Source: an uncultured beta proteobacterium
GTDB lineage: Bacteria > Pseudomonadota > Gammaproteobacteria > Burkholderiales > Burkholderiaceae_C
Direction: 5' to 3'
NCBI GenBank assembly: GCA_903948045.1
Contig: CAJAXU010000530.1
Coordinates: 1 to 40,587 of the forward strand
DNA length: 40,587 nt
Both the position numbers and the translations under genes were made by a program. Under the pieces are notes generated by a model, which was given only the letters and a program-made list of their open reading frames with translations, was not told the DNA's origin and did not search any database. This document shows positions 18,816 to 27,626 of the stretch, piece by piece (positions within the stretch are counted from its first letter, which is position 1; each line of letters starts with the position of its first letter).

Positions 18816-19523
18816 ATGACCCCGGAACAACTCACCCAACGCCTGGCTGGTGTGCAGGCCAAACGGGGCTACTTGTTGCCCCACCATGGCTTGCTGGCGA
18901 TCACCTCGCCCGACATGTTGCAGGCCTATGACCAGTTGTACACGGCGCTGGCGCTCGACCACAAAACCTTGTCGGTGCGAGACCGCGAGCTGGTGTGGCT
19001 GGCTATCTTGGTGGCTTGCGATGAGGCGCTGGCCACGCACCATATTGCCCGTTTTTATGCAGGCGGCGGCGGCGACGCCGAGTTCAAGGCGGTGCTGCAA
19101 CTGACGGCGTCGCTGAAGGGCGCGACGGCCTACCGCTTTGTGCAAAACCACTGGATGCCGCATTTGCCCTCGATCGACATCGTGGCCGCGTATCGGGACG
19201 CGGTGGAACACGCAGGCCAGCCGCTGTCGCGCCGCGACATCTGGCTGTGCGCCTGCAGCGTGCACGCCGCATTGGGCCACTTTGATTGGCTGCACCATGC
19301 CCTCATGGCGGCCTATGCCAGCCAAGTGGACGAGATAGACCTGGCCGAGGCGCTGACGCTGATGATGTTCCCCGGCAGCGTGCCCTATTTCGTCGAGGCG
19401 GCGCGGGTCTGGATGGAGGCGATTCGTGATGGCCATGTCAAAGCCTCGCCCGCCTTTGCCACCTGGGCAAACCTGCAGGGCCAGGGTGGTTACGACGAAG
19501 CATCGGCCAAGCCTAAAGGCTGA
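18816..19523 (+). CDS. Carboxymuconolactone-decarboxylase/AhpD-like protein (tandem CMD fold)
   Basis: Two repeats of the CMD pattern: LSVRDRELVWLAILVA...HH and LSRRDIWLCACSVHAALG...HHALMAAY...DEIDLAEAL. No CxxC. Confidence 0.75.
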   Translation: MTPEQLTQRLAGVQAKRGYLLPHHGLLAITSPDMLQAYDQLYTALALDHKTLSVRDRELVWLAILVACDEALATHHIARFYAGGGGDAEFKAVLQLTASLKGATAYRFVQNHWMPHLPSIDIVAAYRDAVEHAGQPLSRRDIWLCACSVHAALGHFDWLHHALMAAYASQVDEIDLAEALTLMMFPGSVPYFVEAARVWMEAIRDGHVKASPAFATWANLQGQGGYDEASAKPKG

Positions 19524-21153
19524 GCCGGCCGCGCAACACATCGGCGATGCGCTCGGCCAGCATGTAGACCGGCGCCGCCGTGTTGCCACTGGTGACACGC
19601 GGCAAAGACGAAGCGTCCACCACCCGCAGGCCCGCCACCCCGCGTACCCGGCACTGGTTGTCCAGCACCGCCATCGGGTCGGCTGTGCCGCCCATGCGGC
19701 AACTCGACGTGGGGTGATACACGGTGTCGGCGGTGGCGCGGATCCAGGCCTCGATGTCGGTATCACTTTGCACCTTGGGCCCTGGCGCCAGTTCCACTCC
19801 GCGCCAGGCGTTGAAAGCGGGCTGGGCAAAGACCTCACGCAAGCGCTTGACGCCTTCGCGCAGCACCACCAGGTCTTGCGGCGCACTGAGGTAACCGGGC
19901 CGAATGCGCGGGTGCGCCAGCGGGTCGGCCGAGGCCAGCTCGATCGCCCCCGTGGACTCGGGCCGCAGCTGGAACACATTGGCAAAAAAACCTGCGCCGC
20001 GGTCTTGCGGCAGCACCTTGGAGAAATACGGCAAACGCAAGGCGGCGCTGGAGAGTGCCGGCAAAAAATGCGACTGCAAATCAGGTTGCGCCAGGTCGGG
20101 TGACGACTTGTACAGGCCGCCCACCTCCAGCGGAAAACTGGTGGCCGGGCCCGTGCCCCAGACCATCGCCTTGAACAAGGCCCAGGCCGCCAGATCAACC
20201 CGGCGCAGTCGGTCCAGCGTGACGCCGCCCAGGGCGCGGTGCTCGACCCGGACCAGCAGATGGTCCTGCAAGCCTTGCCCGACGCCGGGTAGGTCCATGC
20301 GCACCGGCAGGCCCTGGGCCTGCAGCGCCGCCGCTGGCCCAATGCCCGACAGCATCAGCAGTTGCGGTGAGTTGACGGCGCCGCCACACAGCAACACCTC
20401 GCGCTCGGCGCGCAGGGTGATTTTTTCGCCGCGGTGCAACACGTCAACGCCCTGCACCCGGCCATTGGCGTCCCAGTTCAAGCACAAGGCCTGTGCCTGA
20501 GTGACCACGCGCAGGTTGGGGCGATGCAGCGCTTGGCGCAAATATGCGCTGGCGGCACTGACGCGCCGGCCATTGCGGATGGTGAAGTCGTAAGCGCCGG
20601 CCCCGTGGGGGGAGGGGCCGGCAAAGTCATCACTTTTGGGGTGCCCAGCCTGTTGCGCGGCTTGCAAATAGACCTGAAACAAGGGGTTGTCCAGCCGACC
20701 GGCAGACACCGTCAAGGGCCCGCCGGTGGCATGGAAGGCACTGCCCCCACGGTGGGAGTTCTCACTGCGCAAGAAGTAGGGCAAAACCTCGTCGTATGAC
20801 CAGCCGGTCAAACCCCGGGCCGCCCAGTCGGCAAAGTCGATGGGCAAGCCCCGCATGTAGACCATGCCGTGAATGCTGGAGGAGCCGCCCAGCACCTTGC
20901 CCCGGGCCCATTGGGTACGGCGACCATTGAGCTGCGGTTCAGGCTCGGTGACGTAGGACCAATTGGCGTAGGCCGAGCGCAAAATCAGGCCCGTCATCAG
21001 GGGCACACCCAACAGTGGGTTCCAGTCACGCCCCCCAGCCTCAATCAGCACCACCTGGCAATCAGGGTCTTCGCTGAGTCGGGCCGCCAGCACGCAGCCG
21101 GCAGGGCCAGCCCCCACCACCACGTAGTCGGCCGGTTTTTCAGGGGCAGACAT
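19513..21153 (-). CDS. GMC oxidoreductase (choline-dehydrogenase-like)
   Basis: Motifs DYVVVGAGPAGCVLAARLSED, RGKVLGGSSSI, SPQLLMLSGIG, LQDH, YHPTSSCRMG, LRVVDAS and GNT. Confidence 0.92.
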   Translation of the reverse strand: MSAPEKPADYVVVGAGPAGCVLAARLSEDPDCQVVLIEAGGRDWNPLLGVPLMTGLILRSAYANWSYVTEPEPQLNGRRTQWARGKVLGGSSSIHGMVYMRGLPIDFADWAARGLTGWSYDEVLPYFLRSENSHRGGSAFHATGGPLTVSAGRLDNPLFQVYLQAAQQAGHPKSDDFAGPSPHGAGAYDFTIRNGRRVSAASAYLRQALHRPNLRVVTQAQALCLNWDANGRVQGVDVLHRGEKITLRAEREVLLCGGAVNSPQLLMLSGIGPAAALQAQGLPVRMDLPGVGQGLQDHLLVRVEHRALGGVTLDRLRRVDLAAWALFKAMVWGTGPATSFPLEVGGLYKSSPDLAQPDLQSHFLPALSSAALRLPYFSKVLPQDRGAGFFANVFQLRPESTGAIELASADPLAHPRIRPGYLSAPQDLVVLREGVKRLREVFAQPAFNAWRGVELAPGPKVQSDTDIEAWIRATADTVYHPTSSCRMGGTADPMAVLDNQCRVRGVAGLRVVDASSLPRVTSGNTAAPVYMLAERIADVLRGRLSL

Positions 21154-21198
21154 GAATTCTTTTGCACATGTTGGGGTTCACCAGATTGTCAAAATGTT

Positions 21199-21224
21199 CA
21201 ATTGTCTCTATATTAGAACAATTG
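21199..21224. promoter_or_regulatory. Imperfect palindrome in the divergent GMC/ABC promoter region
   Basis: CAATTGT-c-TCTA-tat-TAGA-ACAATTG. Confidence 0.55.
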
Positions 21225-21251
21225 CCAACCCTGTCCACCTGGAGAGATCAA

Positions 21252-22316
21252 ATGAGCCAATTGAACCGCCGAACCGTCATCGCCGCCACCACCGCCCTGG
21301 GGGTGTCGTCCATCCTGCCGATGCGGGTCTATGCCCAAACCGTGCCTGAGATCCAGACGCTGCGCTCCACCGCCAAATCCTGGTTGTGGGCGGCCGAAGA
21401 CTATGCCAACTCTCGTGGCTTTTTTGACAAGGCCCGCGTCAAAGTGGTGAGCAACGCCTCCAACCGGGGCACCAATGTGGCCGCATTGGCGGGCTCCGGT
21501 GTCGACATCGTGCTGGGTGACCCGGGCGAAGCCTCCCGCGCGCGCGGCGAAAAACTGGCTATCAAGTCCTTCGTCTCCACCGTCAACAAATACGCCAGCA
21601 ATGTGGTGCTGTCCAATGCCGTGCTCAAGCGCCTTGGCATCACCGAGCAGTCACCGGTTGACCGCAAGGCCGCCGCCCTCAAGGGTTTGCGTCTGGGCAC
21701 CACCGGCCCTGGTGCGGCACCGGATGCCTTGTTCCGCTGGTTGGCAGTGCAGGCCAAGCTCGACCCGAATACCGACTTGCGCTTGGTCCCGATGCAAGGT
21801 GGCGGCCCCGGCATGCTGGCGGCGTTGCAGCAAAACGTCATTGATGGGTTTTGCCTGTCGTCCCCAACCTCCGACCTGGCCGTGAAAGACCGCGACTGCG
21901 GCTACCTGTTCAACATGGCGCTGAACCCGCCACCTGCGCTGAAGGAATACAACTACCTCATCGCCTCCACCAGCGAGGCCGCCCTGGCCAACAAAGACCG
22001 CCGCGAAGCCCTGGTGCGCTACACCATGGGCCTGGCCATGGCGCTCAAGGAAATCAACGCCAGCCCGCCCGAGTTCCGCGCCTGGGCTGACAAGTGGTTC
22101 GAAGGCCTGCCGCCCGAGATTGCCAGCACCTCGTTTGACATCAACAGCAAGATCTTCTTCGCCAACCCCCTGCCCAAGGAAAACTTCTTCCAGTCGAACG
22201 TCGACTTCCTCAACACCGTGCAAAAAACCATGAACGCCGCACCGCTGCCGGCGACGCTGACCTTCAAGGACATGTACGACACCACTGTCGCGCAAGAAGC
22301 CCTGAGTCGGCTTTGA
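21252..22316 (+). CDS. ABC transporter substrate-binding protein, NitT/TauT/SsuA-like, Tat signal
   Basis: Twin-arginine signal MSQLNRRTVIAA...VYAQ and LKGLRLGTTGPGAAPD. GGAG RBS. Followed by TauB/TauC-like genes. Confidence 0.85.
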   Translation: MSQLNRRTVIAATTALGVSSILPMRVYAQTVPEIQTLRSTAKSWLWAAEDYANSRGFFDKARVKVVSNASNRGTNVAALAGSGVDIVLGDPGEASRARGEKLAIKSFVSTVNKYASNVVLSNAVLKRLGITEQSPVDRKAAALKGLRLGTTGPGAAPDALFRWLAVQAKLDPNTDLRLVPMQGGGPGMLAALQQNVIDGFCLSSPTSDLAVKDRDCGYLFNMALNPPPALKEYNYLIASTSEAALANKDRREALVRYTMGLAMALKEINASPPEFRAWADKWFEGLPPEIASTSFDINSKIFFANPLPKENFFQSNVDFLNTVQKTMNAAPLPATLTFKDMYDTTVAQEALSRL

Positions 22317-22318
22317 GT

Positions 22319-23095
22319 ATGTCTGTTCAGGTTCAGGGCGTTGAAAAGCGCTATGTACGGCGCGACCGCGAAACCGTCGCCCTGGCCCCGGTCGACTTGA
22401 CCATCGACAAGGGCGATTTTGTCGCCTTTGTCGGTCCGTCGGGTTGCGGCAAGTCCACCTTGCTCAACATGATCGCGGGCATCATCGAGCCCTCGGCCGG
22501 CAAAATCCTGCATGAAGGCCAGCAGGTCCGTGGTGTCAACCAGCGCGTGGGCTACATGACCCAGACCGACAGCGTGTTGCCTTGGCGCACGGTGTATGAC
22601 AACATCGAGTTGCCCCTGACCTTTCGCCCCTTCTCCGCGGCGCAACGGCGCGAACGGGTCGAGGCCATGATGAAGGCGGTCGATCTGTCCGGCTTTGCCA
22701 ACAGCTTCCCCAATGAACTCTCCGGTGGCATGCGCAAGCGGGTGGCACTGGCCCAGGTGCTGGTGTACGAGCCCGGCACGCTGCTGATGGACGAACCTTT
22801 TGGCGCGCTGGATGCCCAGCTCAAGCTGATGATGCAGCGGCGCCTGCTCGACATCTGGCAAGAGACTGGCAAAACGGTGATCTTCGTGACCCACGATTTG
22901 TCTGAGGCCGTCACGCTGGCCCAGCGCGTGGTGGTGTTTTCTGGCCGGCCCGGGCACATCAAGGCCATTGAGCCCATCAACATCCCGTTCCCGCGTGACC
23001 CGTTCAAGGTGCGCTTCGAGCCAGAGTTTCAAGCCTCCTACGAACGCCTCTGGTCGATCCTGGCCCCTGAAATCGCCAAAGGCGAGGATATCTAA
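22319..23095 (+). CDS. ABC ATP-binding protein, NitT/TauT family
   Basis: Motifs GPSGCGKST, LPWRTV, LSGGMRKR, LLMDEPFGALD and FVTHDLSEA. Confidence 0.95.
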   Translation: MSVQVQGVEKRYVRRDRETVALAPVDLTIDKGDFVAFVGPSGCGKSTLLNMIAGIIEPSAGKILHEGQQVRGVNQRVGYMTQTDSVLPWRTVYDNIELPLTFRPFSAAQRRERVEAMMKAVDLSGFANSFPNELSGGMRKRVALAQVLVYEPGTLLMDEPFGALDAQLKLMMQRRLLDIWQETGKTVIFVTHDLSEAVTLAQRVVVFSGRPGHIKAIEPINIPFPRDPFKVRFEPEFQASYERLWSILAPEIAKGEDI

Positions 23096-23097
23096 GT

Positions 23098-23925
23098 ATG
23101 CAAAGCACTGACGCAGAAGCCGCTGTCATGAGTGGCGGCCGCAGCATCGCTGTGGCCCAGTTCGAAGCCGCTCAGGGGCGGCGCGCCCGCTGGATCCTGG
23201 TCTTGCGCCTGCTCGTCGGCATTGCGTTCCTGGCGTTCTGGGAGTTTGCCTCTGGGCGCCTGATCGACAAGCTGTTCATCTCTTCCGCCTCGTCGGTGCT
23301 TGGCCGATTGAGCAAATGGGTGATGGACGGCACCTTGGTCAATCACCTCTCGATCACGCTGTACGCCACGATGTGGGGGTTTTTGATCGGCTCCTTTGTC
23401 GGCTTTGCACTGGGCTTGTTGTTTGGACGCTTTCGGGCATTGGCTGAGGTGCTCGACCCCTACATCACCGCCTTGTACTCCATACCCAAGATCGCCCTGG
23501 CGCCCTTGTTCATCATCTGGTTTGGCATTGGCATCGAGTCCAAGGTGGCGGTCTCGGCCTCCATCGTGTTCTTTGTGGTGTTTCTCAACACCTATGCCGG
23601 CGTGCGCGACGTTAATCCCCTGTTCATCAACGCCATCCGCATCATGGGCGGCTCGCAGTGGAATGTGCTGCGCTCGGTGATCATGCCCAGCGCCACCTCG
23701 TGGGTGATTACCGGCTTGAAGGTGTCCGTGCCCTACGCTTTGGTGGGCACGGTGATCGGTGAATTCATGTCGTCCAACCGCGGCATCGGCTTTTTGATCA
23801 GCCAGGCCACCGGCCTGTTTGACACCACCTCGGTCTTTGCCGGGCTGATCGTGCTGTCGATTGTGGGCGCCATCTTCAACGAAGGCTTGGGCCGGCTGGA
23901 GACCTTCTTCCTGCGCTGGCGCTAG
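23098..23925 (+). CDS. ABC permease, NitT/TauT family
   Basis: Motifs YSIPKIALAPLFIIWFGIG, EAA-like loop INAIRIMGGS, VIGEF and GIGFLI. Confidence 0.93.
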   Translation: MQSTDAEAAVMSGGRSIAVAQFEAAQGRRARWILVLRLLVGIAFLAFWEFASGRLIDKLFISSASSVLGRLSKWVMDGTLVNHLSITLYATMWGFLIGSFVGFALGLLFGRFRALAEVLDPYITALYSIPKIALAPLFIIWFGIGIESKVAVSASIVFFVVFLNTYAGVRDVNPLFINAIRIMGGSQWNVLRSVIMPSATSWVITGLKVSVPYALVGTVIGEFMSSNRGIGFLISQATGLFDTTSVFAGLIVLSIVGAIFNEGLGRLETFFLRWR

Positions 23926-23971
23926 GTCGGCGTATCGGGTGGCGGACAAAGGCACTCCCCGGCGAAAGGTT

Positions 23972-24014
23972 GTAAAGCATTTTCAGATCATGCTACGGTT
24001 TAAAAATGCTTTAC
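23972..24014. promoter_or_regulatory. Inverted repeat, putative antitoxin operator
   Basis: GTAAAGCATTTT (23972-23983) and AAAATGCTTTAC (24003-24014) are perfect 12-bp arms just upstream of the AbrB-type gene. Confidence 0.7.
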
Positions 24015-24025
24015 GCTTAAATGCC

Positions 24026-24247
24026 ATGACTTACGTTGCACTATCGCCAAAATTTCAGATCGTTATACCCAAGGGCGTTCGTAAAGCGCTCAATCTTGTA
24101 GCGGGCCAGAGAATGGAAGCGCGCGTCGTGGGCGACCACGTGGAGTTGGTGCCCGAATTGCCTATCACTTCGATCCGAGGTATGTGCCGTGGCATCAACA
24201 CCGATGTTCCCAATGATCCGGAAGTCAACCAGGGCCGCGGCCTGTGA
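24026..24247 (+). CDS. AbrB/MazE/SpoVT-family antitoxin (VapB-type)
   Basis: MTYVALSPKFQIVIPKGVRKALNLVAGQRM swapped-hairpin motif. GTGA overlap with the vapC start. Confidence 0.88.
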   Translation: MTYVALSPKFQIVIPKGVRKALNLVAGQRMEARVVGDHVELVPELPITSIRGMCRGINTDVPNDPEVNQGRGL

Positions 24248-24412
24248 ACGTGGTGGATTCCTGCGGATGGCTGGAATACATCGCAGACGGCCCGAATGCC
24301 TCTTTTTTTGAACCTGTACTGGCAGACCGCACAGGCACATGGTGCACAACTTTTCACTCAGGATGTAGACCTAAAAAATGCCCCGGGTGTGCAATACCGG
24401 GTGAAGGGCTGA
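24244..24412 (+). pseudogene. vapC: VapC PIN-domain toxin with internal deletion and frameshift
   Basis: The N-terminus MNVVDSCGWLEYIADGPNASFFEPVLAD joins, in another frame, the C-terminus WQTAQAHGAQLFTQDVDLKNAPGVQYRVKG-stop (TGA 24410-24412). The central PIN region is absent. Confidence 0.85.
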
Positions 24413-24498
24413 CCGCAAACTTGCTCTAACCCAAGGTCGTCCTGAGACCGCAGAGGTCTGCCATGCCGCATTACTCAACCGAATCGCCGCGCGTTTAG

Positions 24499-25236
24499 TC
24501 AGTCGTCGGGGTCGTGCGCTGTGAAGAATGTTGCGAACCTTGCCTGAGAGCGTTCGATATGCCGGCGCATGGCCTGACCAGCTGCGTCGGCATCTTGTTT
24601 GCGTAAAGCTGAAATGATCTGCTCATGTTCCTCATTCGCTTCCTTTGTTGCCCGAGCGTGGTGGAACAGCCGAAAGAGGTGCACATGCGTATGCAGATTG
24701 GACAGCGCTTCGCGCACGAGTTCATTGCCGCTGCCAGCCGCAATCAAGTCATGAAACTCGCTGTCGCGCTGGGCAAACTGGCCATAGGCCGACTGTCGAT
24801 CAGTTCTCTCAAGAGCAATCATGTGTTTGGCGACACTTTCCAGCGCGTCAATGCTGTCGGCAGACATGTTTAAGGCGGCCTTGGCAGTCATGGCCGGCTC
24901 CATGAGCTGTCGGCACTCATACAGTTGTTCTAGTCGGGACTTGTTCAGTTGGTCTGCCGCGCTGTAACCGATGAGATGGGTTTTGACGACTAGTCCCTGC
25001 GCCTCCAGCCTTGACAGCGCTTCACGAATCGGTGTCTGTGACACGCTGAGCTCCCGCACGAGCCCGTCCACCGCAATGCGGCCACCTGGTGGAATTTTGT
25101 GTGACATCAGTTGAGCGTAGAGCAGGTTGTAAACCTCGTCACCTAGGCGGACCGGGCGACGCATCGGTATAGGCGTGCCGGCGTTTAGGGGCTCGCCGTC
25201 GCCAGACTTTTCTTTATTCATCATGATGGGCGTCAC
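24499..25236 (-). CDS. GntR-family regulator with FCD domain
   Basis: VSQTPIREALSRLEAQGLV wHTH and FCD motifs DSEFHDLIA..SGN, EEHEQII and MRRHI. Start uncertain (25236, 25224 or 25221). Confidence 0.9.
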   Translation of the reverse strand: MTPIMMNKEKSGDGEPLNAGTPIPMRRPVRLGDEVYNLLYAQLMSHKIPPGGRIAVDGLVRELSVSQTPIREALSRLEAQGLVVKTHLIGYSAADQLNKSRLEQLYECRQLMEPAMTAKAALNMSADSIDALESVAKHMIALERTDRQSAYGQFAQRDSEFHDLIAAGSGNELVREALSNLHTHVHLFRLFHHARATKEANEEHEQIISALRKQDADAAGQAMRRHIERSQARFATFFTAHDPDD

Positions 25237-25256
25237 TTAAGAGCGAGTAATATCAA

Positions 25257-25328
25257 ATATCCGATCGGATTTGAAATTTTAGCTTGCGTAGCTTGATGTC
25301 CGTGGATATCATATATCCGATCTGATAT
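25257..25328. promoter_or_regulatory. Two copies of a palindromic operator ATATCCGATCNGAT
   Basis: ATCCGATCGGAT (25259-25270, perfect) and ATATCCGATCTGATAT (25313-25328) lie in the divergent GntR/operon spacer. Confidence 0.7.
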
Positions 25329-25334
25329 TTTTGT

Positions 25335-26351
25335 ATGCCAATCATTAATTGTTCGCTTATCCGGGATGTTGCAGGCCAAGCCTTAGCCCGGGCCGGAGTG
25401 CCTTTGGCGCATGCGGCCATTCAACTGGAGGTATTGCTTGAAGCCGAGCTGCGGGGAGTCCCATCGCACGGCTTGCTACGGTTGGATCGCGTGGTACAGC
25501 GCATCCTCAATGGTGTGGCGGACCCGCACGCAACGGGGCGGCTCAATTGGCTGAGCAGCGGATTTCTGACGGTTGATGGAGAAAAAGGTCTAGGTCCAGT
25601 CGTCGCGGTCGCGGCGCTGGATGCGTTGCAGCACCGTGCCCGTGAAGTCGGAGTGGCGATCGCGGGAATAACGAACTCCAACCATCTCGGCATGCTCGGC
25701 TGGTATGCAGAACGTATTGCGGCCAATGGCCAGTACATCATCGCGATGTCAACCAGTGAGGCCTTGGTGCACCCCTGGGGTGCGCGCAAGGCACTCATCG
25801 GAACCAACCCGATCGCCATTGGAGTGCCGACCGAAGGCAGACCCTTTGTCATGGACACCGCGACAAGTGTCGTGTCGATGGGCGAGATCCACGACCACGC
25901 GCATCGCCAGGTCAGCATCCCCGCCCATTGGGCGGTAGACGCGGAAGGTAAGCCAACGACTGACGCCAACGAGGCAAAAAAGGGCGCTCTGGCGCCATTT
26001 GGCGGTGCTAAGGGCTACGCCCTGGGGTTGGCCATCGAGCTACTCGTGACAAGTTTGGCTGGCGCCGCCATCGGCACTGGCGTACGTGGCACGCTTGATG
26101 CCACAGAAGTGTGCAACAAAGGGGACGTATTCATCGTAATCGATGGACCAAGCCCTAACTTAACCGCTTACCTGGACATGATCAGGCATAGCGAGCCGGC
26201 CGAAGGCTTCGAAAGCGTGCTGGTGCCCGGCGATCGGGCCCGGGCCTGTCGGGCCCATCGTCTGGAGCACGGCGTACCGGTCGCTGACGAGGTCTGGCAG
26301 CGGATGCTGGTCCTTTCCGAAGGCGGCATGGCAGTGAAACAGCACACTTAA
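25335..26351 (+). CDS. Ldh_2-family oxidoreductase (malate/L-lactate/sulfolactate/ureidoglycolate dehydrogenase family)
   Basis: Motifs AELRGVPSHGL, NSNHLG, GTNPIAIG, MDTATS, PFGGAKGYAL and VLVPGDR. Confidence 0.9.
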   Translation: MPIINCSLIRDVAGQALARAGVPLAHAAIQLEVLLEAELRGVPSHGLLRLDRVVQRILNGVADPHATGRLNWLSSGFLTVDGEKGLGPVVAVAALDALQHRAREVGVAIAGITNSNHLGMLGWYAERIAANGQYIIAMSTSEALVHPWGARKALIGTNPIAIGVPTEGRPFVMDTATSVVSMGEIHDHAHRQVSIPAHWAVDAEGKPTTDANEAKKGALAPFGGAKGYALGLAIELLVTSLAGAAIGTGVRGTLDATEVCNKGDVFIVIDGPSPNLTAYLDMIRHSEPAEGFESVLVPGDRARACRAHRLEHGVPVADEVWQRMLVLSEGGMAVKQHT

Positions 26352-26363
26352 CGAGAACATAAG

Positions 26364-27590
26364 ATGACCCTATTTGGAGCCCTGCGCCTGCCGCGAAACC
26401 TTGTCGTCGGTGCAGGACAACGTGCCACTTTGCCCGCCTATGCCCGGGCGCTGGGGCAGCGAGCGCTTGTTATCACCGACGAGCGGCTGGCCGAAGACCC
26501 GGAATTCTGCGCTATGGTCGATGGCTTGAGAAACGCAGGAGTCACCACAGAGGTATTCTCAAGAACGATCGCCGAACTGCCCGCGTCCTGTATTGCCGAG
26601 GGACTCGCTGTCGGACAGTCCTTCTCGCCAGATCTCATCATCGGCGTGGGTGGCGGCAGCTGCATGGACGCCGCAAAAGTGATCTCACTGTTGCTAACCC
26701 ACGGCGGTCAACCCAGTGACTATTACGGCGAGTTCAAGGTGCCTGGTCCCGTGCTTCCAGTGATCGCGGTGCCCACCACATCGGGGACTGGTTCCGAGGT
26801 CACACCCGTCGTTGTGATCTCAGACCCAGCGCGATCTGTGAAAGTCGGAATCGCGAGCCCTCACCTCATCCCGCATACGGCAATTTGCGATCCTGAGCTC
26901 ACCTACACGTGTCCCCCTTCCTTGACTGCGATTTCGGGTGCTGACGCACTGACACATGCCATCGAAGCCTTCACAACCGCGCGCCGGCCCTATTCACACA
27001 AGGCAGTCCAAGAGCATGTCTTTGTCGGGAAAAACGCCCTGTCTGATCACTTTGCACTGCTGGCCATCGGCCATATCAGCGCGAGTCTGAAGTTGGCTTA
27101 CGACAACGGCACAGACATCGTTGCGCGAGAACGATTGATGCTCGGGGCAACGGCTGCCGGGCTGGCCTTCGGAACGGCCGGGACGGCTGCAGCCCATGCC
27201 ATCCAGTATCCAATCGGAGCCTTAACACACACGCCACACGGGGTGGGAGTCGCGGTCATGCTGCCATATGTCATGGCATTCAACCGGGAGCATGCTGGCG
27301 GCCCTCTCGCAGAAGTCGCCGAAGCCATGGGGCTCAATACACAAGGCTTGTCAGTCGATGACCGAGCGGGTGCTGCCATAGATGCAGTGACAAAATTGTT
27401 CGCCTCCGTTGGAATTCCCGACACGATTGCCGGTCTGGGTGTACTCGCAGACCAACTGCCTTTTGTCGCAGAGCAGGCCATGGGCGCCACGCGTCTGATT
27501 AAGAACAACCCGCGCCCGTTAGATGCCAAGTCGATGAGCGTCTTGGTTCAGGCGGCGTTTTACGGCGACCGCACCCAGTTGAGCGCCTGA
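26364..27590 (+). CDS. Iron-containing alcohol dehydrogenase
   Basis: Motifs GGGSCMDAAK, VPTTSGTGSEVT, DALTHAIE, AHA and PHG. Confidence 0.92.
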   Translation: MTLFGALRLPRNLVVGAGQRATLPAYARALGQRALVITDERLAEDPEFCAMVDGLRNAGVTTEVFSRTIAELPASCIAEGLAVGQSFSPDLIIGVGGGSCMDAAKVISLLLTHGGQPSDYYGEFKVPGPVLPVIAVPTTSGTGSEVTPVVVISDPARSVKVGIASPHLIPHTAICDPELTYTCPPSLTAISGADALTHAIEAFTTARRPYSHKAVQEHVFVGKNALSDHFALLAIGHISASLKLAYDNGTDIVARERLMLGATAAGLAFGTAGTAAAHAIQYPIGALTHTPHGVGVAVMLPYVMAFNREHAGGPLAEVAEAMGLNTQGLSVDDRAGAAIDAVTKLFASVGIPDTIAGLGVLADQLPFVAEQAMGATRLIKNNPRPLDAKSMSVLVQAAFYGDRTQLSA

Positions 27591-27626
27591 CGCGCAGACT
27601 AAAAAACTTTAGGTGAGTGAAACTTC

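Noticed and set aside
18789-20342. 517-aa minus-strand ORF spanning GMC and CMD
   Set aside because: It is an off-frame, Arg/Pro/Cys-rich reading of GMC joined to the antisense of CMD. It has no domain motifs, and both real genes are intact.
19513-21153. Naming the GMC gene betA and the sulfatase betC
   Set aside because: Only family-level motifs support it. There is no betB/betI/betT context, and the genes are in separate units.
23861-24429. 128-aa and 61-aa ORFs as listed in the track
   Set aside because: The first is an over-extended antitoxin (real start 24026). The second is the frameshifted vapC chimera.
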